The notes beneath the pieces are model-generated. The model saw only the letters and a list, made by a program, of their open reading frames with translations, was not told the DNA's origin and searched no databases. The position numbers and the translations under genes were made by a program. Positions 40,901-55,900 of a stretch of DNA of 64,000 nucleotides are shown here, one piece after another. Every line of letters starts with the position of its first letter. Position 1 is the first letter of the stretch. Origin of the DNA: Owenia fusiformis (Eukaryota). The stretch spans positions 38,750,001 through 38,814,000 of the forward strand of contig CAIIXF020000001.1 of the NCBI GenBank assembly GCA_903813345.2, in the 5' to 3' direction.

Positions 40901-43900
40901 ATATTCTTTAAATGAACTCAACTCTATGTTTTCAGATATGAATTTAAAAACAGAACCTAATGAATAGTGCCTCTTATCCTATGCCAAGTAGAGTTTTAGG
41001 GAGATAAGTTGGTAAGATACATCCCGTATCCTGATTTTTAGGTTTCCATATTCAGAACCTCCATATCTCCCACCATATCTCCCGATTCGGTGCATATCTT
41101 CCCGCTTCGGTGCATATCTTCCCGCTTCCAGTAATTTCACTGAAAACTCTACTTGGTATAGGATAAAGCAGTTATGTACGGTCGGTTTGGATATTGGGTT
41201 CATCCCTCATGATATATGCACATCTAACTTCGGTCAGGTAGATATGCATATCTCCCTCTGGATAAACCCCATATCCAAAACCTCCCAGTACATAACCCTT
41301 ATATATTTAACAACAAGTGAAACTCACCTGGAGCTGTCTGTGGAATTGGTGCACTTGTAAGTTGAAGAGGAGCTTTTAAATTCACATTCCTTGCTGCAGC
41401 TATTTCTTGTAATCGTTCTATAACTTCATTTATGTTTGGCCTCTCCCTTGGGTCTACTTTAAAACAACCATCTAAAAGTAATGAAGCATAGAGTGTATTT
41501 GTTAAATGTTCTGACCAAGTTTTTGGTGCCTAAACTAAATACTTTTCCGATTTATTGGCATTTTCAATGGCTTTGATGGTCTTAGCTATGCTTATCAGAA
41601 ACCCATGAAACGTTTTTAATACTTTGGTTTTATTGGTGCTATTGCCAGATTTGATATACGCAAATATTTTTAACATGAGCAATATTATATATTGCAGTGA
41701 TTGACTGAAGTTTATCTAATAACATCTTAGAATCTAATGAGCTTTTAATGTAAGTATCCTTGTTAGCCCCGTCAATATTATCCAAAACGTTTGCTATAAT
41801 TATGAGTCCATTATCAATATATACTAAATTCACTGGCCCAAACAACTACATGTAATGAACATTTGACATGGATAAACTGAAAACTTACGTATTAGGTCAT
41901 GGAATACTGTGTAGTGGTTATCGGTTGCAGGAATGGTAAAGTTTGCGTTTATGATACGTAATTTTGCAGAATCTTCGTATGGATGTTCACGAAAGCACAG
42001 CATGAACAAGACACAACCTAGAGCCTGGAGAAAAGAGGAGATAAGTGTTAAAACCACTCATCAAATGCAGTTGGTGTATTCCCTGTGTATACTAAGTATA
42101 CAGTAAATACTCTAAATGGGTATTTTGTGGACAGGATATCATACAAAGTATATATTAGGTGAGGTTTATACATAGGGGTTATGCACTGGGAGGTTTTGGA
42201 TACAGGGAATATCCCGAGGGATATACAATATATCTTCCCGAGGGACAGAAGGGACCAAGGGAAGATATATTGTATATCCCAAGGGATATTTCCTGTATCC
42301 AAACCGACCGTGCATAACTGTTGTATTCCATACCTGAATTCCAAATTTTTTTTCTCAAATTTTTTTTCACATTTTTTCCATAATTTTTTTTTCAGAATTT
42401 TTTTTTGAAATTTTTGAAATTTTTTTTTTCAAATTTTTACTTTCAAATATTTTTCCCGAATTCATTTAAAAAAAATTTTTTTGAGCGGGACATACGATTT
42501 ATATGTCCCGGAGCTCCGTTGGAGCGGGACATACGAAAAATATTTGCCCGGATGTGGAATATATTCCCGGTTGATATGTCCCTGAAACCTCATCGGGTAT
42601 GGAATACATCATTTTATCCAGACAATGTAAGCCTAGACTGCAGCATCAAATAAATCTAAGATTTCATACTCAACATATTGATACAATATTTTCATGTTCT
42701 TTCTGAAAACTTCAAATGTTTTGAAAAAATGACAACTCTATTTTGACAAATACATCTGAAGTCCTTATGACATGCTATGAGCTCTGTGTTCAGATGCTGA
42801 TGTCTTTTTACTCACCCATATATCTGATTGTTCATTGATTGGAAAGTTTGAGTAGAGATCCAACATCTCTGGAGTCCTGTACATAGGGGTGGTATTCTTG
42901 GCAATCTATTTTAATACAAAAATTAATTTCAGTGTTCGACAAACAGTGTATCACAATCATTCAAAACTCCTTAAAAATGATGTGGAGAATGGTGACAAGA
43001 TAGCCCGTTTATTAATGTAACATAAAATATTAAATGATTCTAAAATCTAAATCTTTGTTGTAAAAATGGCAGAAAAAATTCTTCAGCGACAATTTCTTGA
43101 AAACAGTCTAAATAACCTTTTTAATTTATAAGAATATAGTGCAGTCAGAATGTGGGTTTCGGCGTGCGTTCAGAGGGATTTTATGGGACATAATTTTTCA
43201 TGTTACTACTATGATTATACATATTTGTATGGATTATTAGATCTTAGTTTTTCAGCTTTTAGATTTTGTGGCCATTTTACCCCCCATGGGCTAAAATTTG
43301 GACCCCTACTATATAATTGGGCAAGAACTCAAAAAATACTCAGTGGAATGTTTCCAAATTACTAAGTTATATTAGTATAGGCTAATTGAATATATGATAA
43401 AAATTTCATGTCACATGGTTAACTGGTTGCCATGGAAATGGATAAAACATGCCCTTCGGGTGTCAATTTTCAGGCCAATTTTTCAGGACTGACAGAGTCA
43501 TTTCATGCATATTTTGTCACCAATGTGTAAGGAAGGGTTAAAATGTCAATAAAAACTTCTACAATAAATAAGCAACAACTGTATGTAAAGATCAGTCCAC
43601 AAAACCTCAGATTTTGGCCTTGTATTGGTCCATGACTTATACAGGGGTCTATTTCATAGACTCGAGGTCCCACATTGGATGGATGCTATAACTTTTGAAA
43701 TAATGGAGATACAGGTCTCATTTTTTCAGATCTTCATAAATGGTTAGTTTTAAGTTTTTTATTTTACTTTGGGAGCTGACATGTGATTGGTTGCCATGGT
43801 AACCAGGGTTTTAGGGAAATTCCGACCCCCACATTGGATGGATGCTATAACTTTTGAAATGAGGGAGATACAGGTCTCATTTCTTCAGATCTTCATAAAT

Positions 43901-46900
43901 GGTTGGTTTTAAGTATCTTAATATACATTTGGAGCTGGTATATGATTGGTTGCCATGGTAACCAGGGTTTTAAGGAAATCCTGACCCCGACATTGGATGG
44001 ATGTTATAACTTTTGAAATAAGGGAGATTCATGTCTCATTTTTCAGATTTTTGACAATGATTGATTTAAAGTATTGATTTAGACTTTGGGAGCTGAAATT
44101 TGATTGGTTACAATGGAAATCAGGGTTTTGTTGAAATTCAGACCTCCACCATTGATGAACACTATAACTCTTAAATACAGCCAGATAAGATAATCTTTTC
44201 AGATGTAAGACAATAATAATATGTGTGTATTGTATTAGACTTTGGAAGCTAGGATTTATTTGTCTGCCATGGTAACCATGTTTCATTGTCATGGTAACTG
44301 CTGTTTTCGTTTTTAGATTCACCTTTATTCTAGATAGGTCAATACATGACATAAAATACCAAATTGCTCAAAGTTGCCATTTTATTCTTAATTTTTTTTT
44401 TCTATTTTATATGATTTACATGCTCATGACTCAATAATACTAGAGATGCAAACATTGTTTGGCTCATAAAATATCAAATACTAGTAAACAATACATGTAT
44501 GTCTGACAATATTGCCTTATTCCATACGACTAGTTCTTACAAAAGTTCTGACTCCTAATTTGTTCATTTGAACTCATCATTACTGTTTTCATTTAGCACA
44601 ATTTCCTCTTAACATCAATTTCTGTTGGAATGAAGGATTGTTTTGACCATTCTGGAGATAAGGATCCTCAGGGGATATAGTCCATTCATGCAGTATTGGA
44701 CTTGGCAGAATGGGTTAAGACTGGTCCCTGTGGTTTCACTGTATATAAAATTGGGCTGGGATCCTAGGCTGAACCCTCAGATATCAATATGTTCCCATCC
44801 AATCTGTCAAATTTGAATGTGTTCCGATATCAACCAAAATAATGCCCAAAGGCCATACCAAATGCCCAAATATATGACCAGTGCCATACCAAATATCCAG
44901 ATATGAAAACATGGCCATTCAAAATTTCGAGAAGAAGGCAGATCATTGAGGAAAACAACCAAAAACAACCTCACATTAAGGATATACTAGATCAATGCCA
45001 TACATGTGTAACAAGTGAGGGGCAACATGTTTTTCACAACCATTCCCAAATCCGACCATTGCTATACCTCTCATAATTTGGAGAGCATTCTCATACCAGA
45101 TCCTAAAATTTGGGTCCATTGCCATATCAAATGTCAAAAGTAACCCACCTGAGCTGAGGATCCCCTCAAGGTTTATATACAGTGAACTCCTGGGAAACGG
45201 GGGGTAATGTTTCCACTTCCAAATATAAGTTTTATCATCCATCCTCTTCAAATGTTATAATGAGCAATCATTACAAGATGGAAGAGTTCATCATTTAATT
45301 CATTGCATTATATTAGCTGCTATGAAAGCAGTCAAGGACCAATCTTGAAAGATGAGAAGAGTTGAAATGTCAACACCTCCATAAGTGAGGGCAGGACTGT
45401 TCTGTTTTGGAGAATATCTTATGTGAAACAGCTCATATTGTTATCTTTTGATGTAAGTTACAAATATATTTTTGTTATTCTGCTGTACTTTTACTGGTGA
45501 ACAATTCAACTTTGGATTTTATTGTGTCAGGAATTTCTATATTGATTCCTATTATGAAGAAAATAACCTTAAGAACCTCAACTGATGTGAACTCTGTCCC
45601 ATTAGATGTCAGAAGCTCAACCCAACCCCTGTAGCTGAAAACCTAGGACCAAGTCCTGTGTGAAGCTATATTAGCCTTCAATGCGTTTACTGGATCAGAT
45701 TCCTCCAGTGCAGAAATACAACAAAACAGCAGAAATAGAAAAATAACTGCCACTAATAGATGAGCTGTTTCCCATGAGATACAGAAAAAACAGAACAGTG
45801 CTGCCCTCACTAATGAAGGTGTTGACATTTTCTTTCACATTTGAAGAGGGTAAATTATCAAACCTATGTATGGACACATTCCCACCAGCCTAAACCCAGC
45901 TCTACCATTATGCCCAACACTGCATGAATGAACTGTGAATTCCCTGACGAATCTTTAACACAAGAATGGTCAAAAGAATCCTTCTTTCCAATAGAAATTG
46001 TTGATATTTTTAATTAAGAGGCAATTGTGGAAGATGAAAACGATAATGATGAGTAAAAACAAGTTGGGAGTCTGAATATGTGTGAGAACTAGTAGAATGG
46101 AATGAGGCTATACTGTCAGACATACAGGATAAATTGCTGAAATAAAGAGCAAAATGATAATTTTGAGCATTTTGGTATAACATGTTGTGAATTGACCATT
46201 CTCAAATGAAAGTAAGACTGAAATAAAAAATTAGGGGTACCATGACGACGAAACATGGTTACCATGGCAATTAAGTAAATGCTAATCTACAAAGTCTAAT
46301 TCAATACACAAATCTAATTAATTTTTAAGATCTGAAATGATGATATCTGTATCTGCTTGAATTCAAACATTAAAGCATTTATCAATTGAGGAGGTCCAAA
46401 TTTCAATAAAACTCTAGTTACCATGGTAACCAATCAAATTTCAGCCCCCAAAGTCTAATTTAATATTTATAATCAATCATTGTCTAAGATCTGAAATAAT
46501 GAGACATGTATCTCCCTTATTTCAAAAGTTATAGCATCCATCCAATGTAGGGGTCGGAATTTCCCTAAAACCCTGGTTACCATGGCAACCAATCACATGT
46601 CAGCTCCCAAAGTAAAATAGAATACTTAAAACTAACCATTTATAAAGATCTGAAAAAATGAGACCTGTATCTGCATTATTTCAAAAGTTATAGCATCCAT
46701 CCAATGTGGGAGCTCGAGTCTATGAAATAGACCCCTGTATAAGTCATGGACCAATACAAGGCCAAAATCTGAGGTTTATTGAACTGATCTTAACATACAA
46801 TTGTTGCTTATATATTATAGAAGTTTTCTATTGACATTTTAACCCTTCCTAACACATTGGTGACAAAATATGCATGAAATGACTCTGTTAGTCCTGAAAA

Positions 46901-49900
46901 ATTGGCCTGAAAATTGACACCCAAAGGGCATGTTTTATCCATTTCCATGGCAACCAGTTAACCATGTGACATGAAATTTTTATCATATATTCAATTAGCC
47001 TATACCAATATAACTTAGTAATTTGGAAACATTCCACTGAGTATTTTTTGAGTTCTTGCCCAATTATATAGTAGGGGTCCAAATTTTAGCCCATGGGGGG
47101 TAAAATGGCCACAAAATCTAAAAGCTGAAAAACTAAGATCTAATAATCCATACAAATATGTATAATCATTGTAGTAACATGAAAAATTATGTCCCATAAA
47201 ATCCCTCTGAACGCACGCCGAAACCCACATTCTGACTGCACTAATATATATAAATGATAAAACCATATTTTCAAACTATGAATGGGGCCATATAAAATTT
47301 TTATAAACTTGAGACTCAGGATCTTAGGGGTGAAAACTTACTTCATCTTCAGTTACGCTACGTTTGACAGCTGACCAATCTTCATCTGGGTAATAGTGTG
47401 TAGTTGTAGCACTGCCAAAGTCACACAATTTGATTGACCCTTTTGTACTGATCAACAGATTCTCTAACTGAAACATAGAAAGAGGAGAGATAGTTGATGT
47501 TACTCTAGAGCAGGTTGGTAACTGATACTCCTTTTTATGATAATGGACAAGCTACTGTGATGGAAAGTGGCATTTACAGCTATAAAGCATTGAAACATTG
47601 GTTTGAAATTGCAGCAGCAATGACAGTTTAGCAATAGAGCAGGTTGATAATGTAGCAACAGGGCATGTTGACAATGTAGCAACAGGGCATGTTGACAATG
47701 TAGCAACAGGGCATGTTGACAGTGTAGCATTAGAGCAAGATGACAGTGTCACAATTTTGTAGGTTGACAATGTAGCAATAGGGCATGTTGCTGGTATATC
47801 AATAGGAAGTGTAGCAATAGGGCAGGCTGGCAGTGTAGCAATATGGTAAGTTGACAATGTAGCAATAGGGTATGTTGACAGTGTAGCAAAAGGTCAGGTT
47901 GACAATGTAGCAATAGGGCAGGTTGACAAAGTAGCATTAGGGCAAGATGACAGTGTAGCAATAGAGTAGGTTGATAATGTAGCAATAGGGTATGTTGACA
48001 GTGTAGCAATAGGTCAGGTTGACAATGTAGCAATAGGGCAGGTTGACAAAGTAGCATTAGGGCATGTTGACAATGTAGCAATAGAGTAATTGATAATGTA
48101 GCAACAGGGCAGTGAGGTAGTGTAGCAATATGGTAGGCTGACAATGAAGCAATAGGGCAGACTGACAGTGTAGTGATAGAACCGGATCAGTTCTATTATA
48201 TAGGGCTGACAAAATTGCAAGAAAAATATATAATTGACCTTCTATCTATTCCCTATAATTCCAAATGCAATATCTCCTAAATGATCTGTGATATGTTATA
48301 AATTGGTGAAGTTATTTAGGATTCAAATTGCAAAAATGGGGGAATGTTTAAATTCTCCCAAACAATAAAAATGGTAAACCATAATATTGTAAAAAATAAT
48401 ACATTATTGTAAAAATCTTTGATTTTCCTGAAATAATATATACAGACCATCAAGGTTATTCTAATAGTGCATCAATGCCAGGCCCGTAGCCAGGATTTGC
48501 CAAGGGGGCTTCAGTTTTCAAAAATTTCCAGGGGGGTTTACATTTGACAATTTTGGCCCAAATATGCCTAAAATCACTTGAGAAGTGCTCAAAATGGTGA
48601 AAAACTGCATGATTTTGAAAGAATTTTTGGCCAGCCCCCCCCCCCCCCCCCCCCGGCTATGGGCCTGAATGCTAAAATAAGACACTTCATTATATTACAT
48701 TACCTCATAAATCACAACTCATTGAGCCTTGAAAATATCTAAGGCTCATAATTCTAATCAATACATCAAGTAAAGGTTGTAGTGCTACAATTCTCCTTGA
48801 AATGTCCTTGTAGAAACCATCTTCAGATATTCTATTGATTTTTGGCATTATAATACATGTAAACATTTTATTACCAGAAACTCAAAATCACAACCAATTT
48901 TCCTTTTTACACTTGACCTGGATGTATTTTTTAAATTTTTCAATGTTCTATCCAAAATCATTTTCAGGAGTATGATATGATGCCACTCAACTCTCCCCTC
49001 CTTGAGCATGAGATCTTAAGGTCTGGCCTTTTAAGAGGCAGTGGCTTTTCAATTCAGCATGGGTCCATATCAATATACCCATACAACTAAAGCAATGAGG
49101 CTCAACCAGTTTTAAACTTTTAATACTCAATATATAGAGAGAGCATGTGAAATTTAGTGAACATGATGGTCCTTACCTAAACTTTCTCAGATATTAATGA
49201 ATAGTGGACCTGATGTATTAAAAATAACTTGAAATAATTACCATCATCTGGGTAAGAGAGTCGATTTTGCAGTTCTACAATGTAACTTCTAAACAATTTC
49301 TTACAACAATTATTGAAAGATATACCTTCAACCAAAGATCTGAGGAATTAATGAAATAAATGAAATATTGTTAATATGGAAATTACCATTTCTACATGAA
49401 TACATGTATTACCACACTATTACTTCATTTGTTCATTAACCCAATATTCAACTATAGTAAGTGAATAAAACAAAGACTTACCATGCAGTATTTCAGTTAA
49501 TCATATTCTCACATCCAAGAAACACCAAATATTTCTTATCAAGTTGGATATATATTACTTAGAACACAGGATTACATTGCAGCAATAGGCTATTGAGTTC
49601 TTGTGGGTGGAATCAATACAGTTTACATTGATTTTTGCTACACAGGCTAACTCAATAATTCCCCTACATGTGGATATGAAGCGATCTGGTTTGGCCCACA
49701 AACAACTCATACCCTGAAGCCCAGTAATAATTACTCCTCTCTAGCTAAGCTAGATTTAATACAGATGTATTCAAGTATATAAGTCTCAGCTTCAATTTCA
49801 GATGGAAATTACCTTTAAATCCCTATGTACAATGGCTGGTTTCTGTTTGTGCATGTGTTGTACAGCTCTGCAGACCTGATAGAATATTCTCAACACAAGA

Positions 49901-52900
49901 TCACAAGACAAGGGCTTGCCTCTTTCTTTCAGTACATCAACTAACATACCACCTGGAATATAAATATATCAACTCATCTTCATATTTCAAGAATTAAAAG
50001 AATAAATTAAATTTGAATGATTTGGATTAACTTTTATCATTTTTTACTTAATCTATGCAATTGCAGGTATGAACAATTATCAGATAAAACTGTATTGCCT
50101 TATCTTTGACTTGAAAAAAATGACTTAAGCTCGTCTACGACAGTAAAATCTGTAAAGAGGAACACCACTCTAAGTGAAACACATTGTGAGTGGAGCTGAG
50201 TTTCAAAAACCTTGTGTCTAACTGACTTCAAGTAAATGAACATTAATACCCTGCGTGCAGAGTCTAGTTAAAGCTCTCTTTTAAGAAGTGAAGTCAAACG
50301 AATGCAAAGGGTAGAACATTAATAAACAGAACACATCTTAGGGTATTCCATTAACAGGTTTCACTGTACTTGGTGTCACATTTACTAATGTAAGTCTGTA
50401 TTACTTTGAAGGATCAATTAAGATTGATCAACATGTTCCCACTCTTAACATAACCATTGACCAGTTACCTCTCAACTCACGAAGTCAATCAGATTATGTG
50501 TTTGCTCAGGCACAATTTTGCATTTATTTGTTCAAAAATTGACAATCAATATTGACAACAGTAACTTCTCGACAATTTCTTACGACAAATATTTAGAGAT
50601 ATGCCTTCAACTAATGACCTTAGAAAGGACTGGTTGCGGAATGGTGAACTAAATTCCACATTGTTTTTCATGACCAAGGAAGTAGAAATTTGATAAGTAA
50701 CTTAACATGGACATTGAATTATCAACTCTTTATTTACAGTATCACATTTATTTGTAGGAAACAGGTTGAATGTCACATTAAGCGTAGTAAGAGTGTAATG
50801 GATGTGGATTAGCCCATGTTATTTAACGAATCATAAAAAATATCTCACCTGTGCATAATTCTGTGAGAATTAAGAATTCTGCCTGGCCAGTGTCTGAACT
50901 CTCTTTTCCTATTGAGGCCGCTGACACGAACTGGATTATATTCGGGTGTCCTGATAACTTTTTCTGTGAAGCTACTTAAGGAACTTTTCATTAATCACAC
51001 TATAGCCATGGCTATGTCATTAATCATAATAATTTACTGCATGATTCTCTCCTCTTACAATAAAAGATTTATGTGGTAAATGTGGTCTTCTTACCATGTA
51101 CATTTGCATGATATCTCCCCACCCTGATGGTGCAAAGGTAACATGGCTGACATAAGTGACCCTCAGATTCAACCTCTTGAATTTTCCAAAAAACATGTCA
51201 TTGATTTAATACATGTACCAGTATATGATATGATATGATATGATATGATATGACTGATATGCATTCTATTGTAAATATATAATGTAAAAGGTCAATTATA
51301 TGTTGTTTTTTAAAAACCCAATCGACCAAAATTTACATCTCCTATTCCAAAGTCTTTAAAACAATAATTTCAAACTATTCAAATGAAGAAGTGAGACTTG
51401 ATTTATTTTGTTTGTTTTTTGTTGCGAAGAGGGTATTTTTATTATTTCATAAAGGATACAAGTAATGTTATCTCTTGCATTACCAGTTGACACTTTTCCT
51501 GGTCACTGGCCAAAAGTCTCTGAAATATAACATAATATAATATAATATATATAATATAATATAGTATAATGTTCTTCCCAGAATTTTATCACCAAGTGGG
51601 TGTAAAATTTTCTTCTGACCAAGACAAGTCAAAATATGACAATATTTTATGATTTCTCTCATTTTCAAGTAAGTGCAAATGAATTTCCAAGTACATGCAA
51701 GTCTATTTTCTCATATGGGGGCAGCAATGACCAACTTGCTCCAATGCTGGAGATTTGACTGCAATGTTGTGTTGTGTGTTGTGTTGTATGTAGCGTGTTG
51801 TTCTTTTACTACAAAAGTGGCATATTATTATGGTCTCTGTTTTTTTTGTGACGGCGGTTGGTGGTTGGTGTCTGTAAGAAATTTGTAACTTCCGATAACT
51901 TAACAAATACTGTTTAGACTGACTTCAATTTTTTTCAAAATCATCTACAAGTTTTCAGAAGTTCAAATCTGACTTGTGATTTAAGATTTGACCTTCAATG
52001 ACCTTTTCAAGGTCAAAAAGGTTTATGATTGGTGTGTGGCGTCTGTAACAAATTCTTACAACTTTCAACAAGTACTATTTAGACTGACTTCATTAGACTG
52101 GCTTTTTCAAAATCATCTATAAGTTTTCAGAAGTTCAAAGCTGATTTAAGATTTGACCTTCAATGATCTGTATTCTGTAGAAGGTCAGAAAGGTTAAAAA
52201 ATAATCAAAGAGGTATTTTTTCAAGTTGCTTCAAATTGATTAATTCTTTTTTCAAAATTATCTACGAGTTCTCAGAAGTTCAAATCTGATTATGGATTTG
52301 AGATGTCACTTTCAATGACCTTCTCAAGGTCAAAAAAGGTCAAAAAGATATTTTTTTCAACTTGCTTCAACTGACCAATTTTGTTTTTCTAAATCATCTA
52401 CAACTCAGAAATTTAAAAAATATGACCTTAGGTTTGAGATTTGACCTTCAATGACCTTCTCAAGTTAAAAAAGGTCAAAAAGGTCTTTAGATTAAAAAAG
52501 GTCAAAAAGTCTTTTTCAACTTCTTTCAAATTGATTAAATGTTTTCTGAAAAATCATGTACGAGTACTCAGAAGTTCAAATCTGACTATAGATTTGAGAT
52601 TTAACCTTCAATGACATTCTGAAGGTTTAAAAAGGTCAAAAAGGTATTTTTCAACTTGCTTGAAATTAGCTTAATATTTTTCAAAATCAGTTCTCGGAAA
52701 TTCAAATCTGATTTTAGATTTGAGATTTGCCTTGGTAAAAAAGGGTCAAAAAGGTATTTTTCAACTTGTTTCAAATCGATTAAATGTTCTAGGTGGTGGT
52801 GACACTTTGTCAAAGTTAATGCTTTGTTCACTCTGTTGCACTGCATTACCAAATATGACACATAAGAAAGATTCACTTTTTAATTTAAAATCATAAGCTA

Positions 52901-55900
52901 ATTATGAACAAAGTAAATAAAGGTAATTTTTCAAATAAGAATATAAACTCAGTGGGTCACTAGTACAGATGCATTCATTTTTAATGAGTTAACCAGCATT
53001 TATGCATGACTTCTCTCATTCCAATGAAAACATGAATATTGATAATAACTACAAATTACTCATAATGATGACCTGTTCTCATATAAAACAAAATGCCACG
53101 GTTGATAATAGATTCAAATTAAAGATTAGATGGAATAAATAAACAAAATTACAAAATATCACCTGCAACTCCTAGTAGCTAGAAAAGTGTAACAATTGTT
53201 ACAGATGCCTATGTTGAACAAAGACGCAAAAAATGATAGCTATAACAATATGTCACTACTTCTTGGTTGTGACAGAAGAACTTACCTTTAACGCATATTC
53301 TTGACCATTTGCAGTATCTTGAGCCACAAACACAAAAGCAAACCCTCCTATAAATAAAAATAACAAATTAAAAATCCACATGGTTTTTTCATTTCCTCTT
53401 TGGTATAAATTTCTGATAACTACCCCGAGTTACCTTCTTCTAAGGCCACTGTATCGTGGCCTTCGTCCAAAGATAAATTCCTGCATGTATAACTGGTCAT
53501 GTCGTAATCATAAAATTTGAAATCAAATGTCTGCCATTTTTCCACATCACAATTTGAATTTGCGAGTTTTGGTCTTATTACCTCACCAAAATTCCAAAAC
53601 ACACATGAAGTGATCAATGTATTAGTCCACATCTTCTGGATCGCTAACTTAGAAGTTACAGCCAGTTACTAATGTCAGACATTAACGAAATTTTGTCCAT
53701 TTTTCGAATATCACCATTTTTCTTGGAGCCATTTTGTTTTTAGACGAAATCATGCAATATCTCAAGGAGCTGAGCCAGTCCAATTTTAATTAATGATTTA
53801 TTTATCTGGCGAATTTTAGAATATTCAGTAAATTTATGACATGCCCGCCAGCTTTTTTCAAATGGAGTTCACAGTATTCCAGATGAAATTACATAGAGAC
53901 TTGTAATTGAGTAAACCCCAAGACCTTAAAACATCATTCGTTATCATTTCAAATAGCTAGTCACACATTCTGCACACCATTGGAAAGCAAACTGTCTTCA
54001 TTTCCAGTTGATCCCCAGGGAAGTACCCCAATGGATGTAAAAATCAACCCCACATTCATTAGACTGTATCCTTCGTCTGAATAAATTCAGACTGTAAGTC
54101 ACCTATTGTAAAATGTGGTGTTGTATAAATGTTACAAATAAGTTACCCTGCGTGCAGAGTCTAGTTAAACTACACTCTGCCTAGTAGAAACCATATTACA
54201 GTTAAGTAGCCCCGCCCCCACGACGGGTGCCGGTGACAGTTCGGGTAATAAATCACTTCTGACCTACGCACTGACCTTTCATCCACCAATCAGCAAGCCT
54301 GAAGAACCACGCGCCAAAATAAATTCTTAATTGTCATTGATCAATTCCGGCTTAACGATGACGTCAGAAGGAATGACCATATATAGAACGTCGGTCAAAT
54401 TTGGCCGACGAGCACTGATTGGCACTGTGAGTTCACAGGTTTATTTTAGTTTGAAAGAGTGAAGACGGAGCTCTCTTTTTAAGAAGTGAAGTCGAACGAA
54501 TGCAAAGGGTACAAATAAGTTTGTTTAATGATAAAATGATTACCTTATAAAGAACTTACAATATTATTTTTTCGTATATTGTCCTCTTACTGAAGATATT
54601 CATAAAATGTACAGACGCTTCTTGTAGCGAAGCCATTGATTAGGTCAAGCCATTTTGGCAATGCCAATTCTCACGATAAACGAGATTTAGCCAGTGACGT
54701 CAGTCTATTTGTAAACAAATAACACGTGGAGCGGACGGAGCAACATACGGAAGCGTATTGATAAATTCCATTTGTGCGGGAATTTATTAGATCTAGTCAT
54801 TTATTATCATTATCCCGATTAATTTTCGTCATTTATAGTATATAGAGCGGAAATATTCATGAAGAAGGCCGAGGTAATCAAGTGGTCATGTGTTGTCAAA
54901 GTTCAAAAATTTGCATATCTCGTGAACTCAAACGTCCTTGACATTGATTTCGCGATCTGCTTATGAACACATCCTGAAGTTTTGGTGAGTCTGAACATTT
55001 CATTATTTTATATCAACTTGTACCCGCCTTATAAAAATATTTTTGCTTCGAGTTTAAGATGAACATCTCTTCAACATATTCACCAATTTTCAAGGTGAAC
55101 ATTCTTGTAATAAACGAGAAACTTATGTGCAAAAATAGGGGCGTCAGAAGGATTTGCCAGGGGAGGGGGCGACTTTTGGGTATGGATGGATCGTGCGTGA
55201 AGCTTATCGTGGGGCGCAATCTAGGTGGATCGGGGGGTCATGCCCCCCGAAATTTTTCAAACTTAGACTTTCTCTGGTGCATTCTACACATCTCAGCACA
55301 ACATTCCCAATAATAAAAACAAGAAAAAATCGTGTTTTTAGAAAAAATAACTTGCTTTTGACTAAAAAACTTTGACTTTTACTAAAATATACATTTGCAC
55401 TTATTTCTCAAGGAATTTACATACTGTAAGGGTTCCTCACGAGAAACTGCACATGGTATAGAATTAAATATAATATGAGAAGTGAGATCTTCTATGCTTG
55501 ATGTAGACTAGATAAGTACTGACATAGTATCATTTCTGTCATCATTACACTTCTTTACTTTAATTAGGCCTAGCTCTAGAGCTTTCAATTCTAGGCTCGG
55601 TTTCAAATCTAAAAAATCTGGGAAAAAAGGGGGGGGGGCGGTCGCCCCCAACGCCCTCCCCCTTCCGACGCCAATGAAAAAATATCACCGCGATTTCCAC
55701 AGGAAATATATCAATCATAACAGACCGAATATTATATTCGGTCTGTTGGATACATACTACTACTTTTTTCAAGGCCTTACTGCGTCGCTAACATGCTAAA
55801 TATAAGAGTTAGCTGACGTTTGGGAGTCTGACTTACCTTCTAAAGGTTAGAACCCGAATCTTAATGAAACCATATCACCTTTGTTGCGTCGATGATGATG

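Noticed and set aside
43150..43365. Duplicated small gene (near-identical ORF at 47015-47266)
   Set aside because: These are the two arms of the foldback transposon, with no protein-like features.
47500..48220. Cys/His-rich repetitive ORFs or a CRISPR-like array
   Set aside because: 24-bp minisatellite with no unique spacers and no cas genes, in a eukaryotic intron.
51095..51150. Possible extra GAK exon with a strong ATG|GTAAG donor
   Set aside because: The kinase domain is complete without it and its translation shows no kinase similarity.
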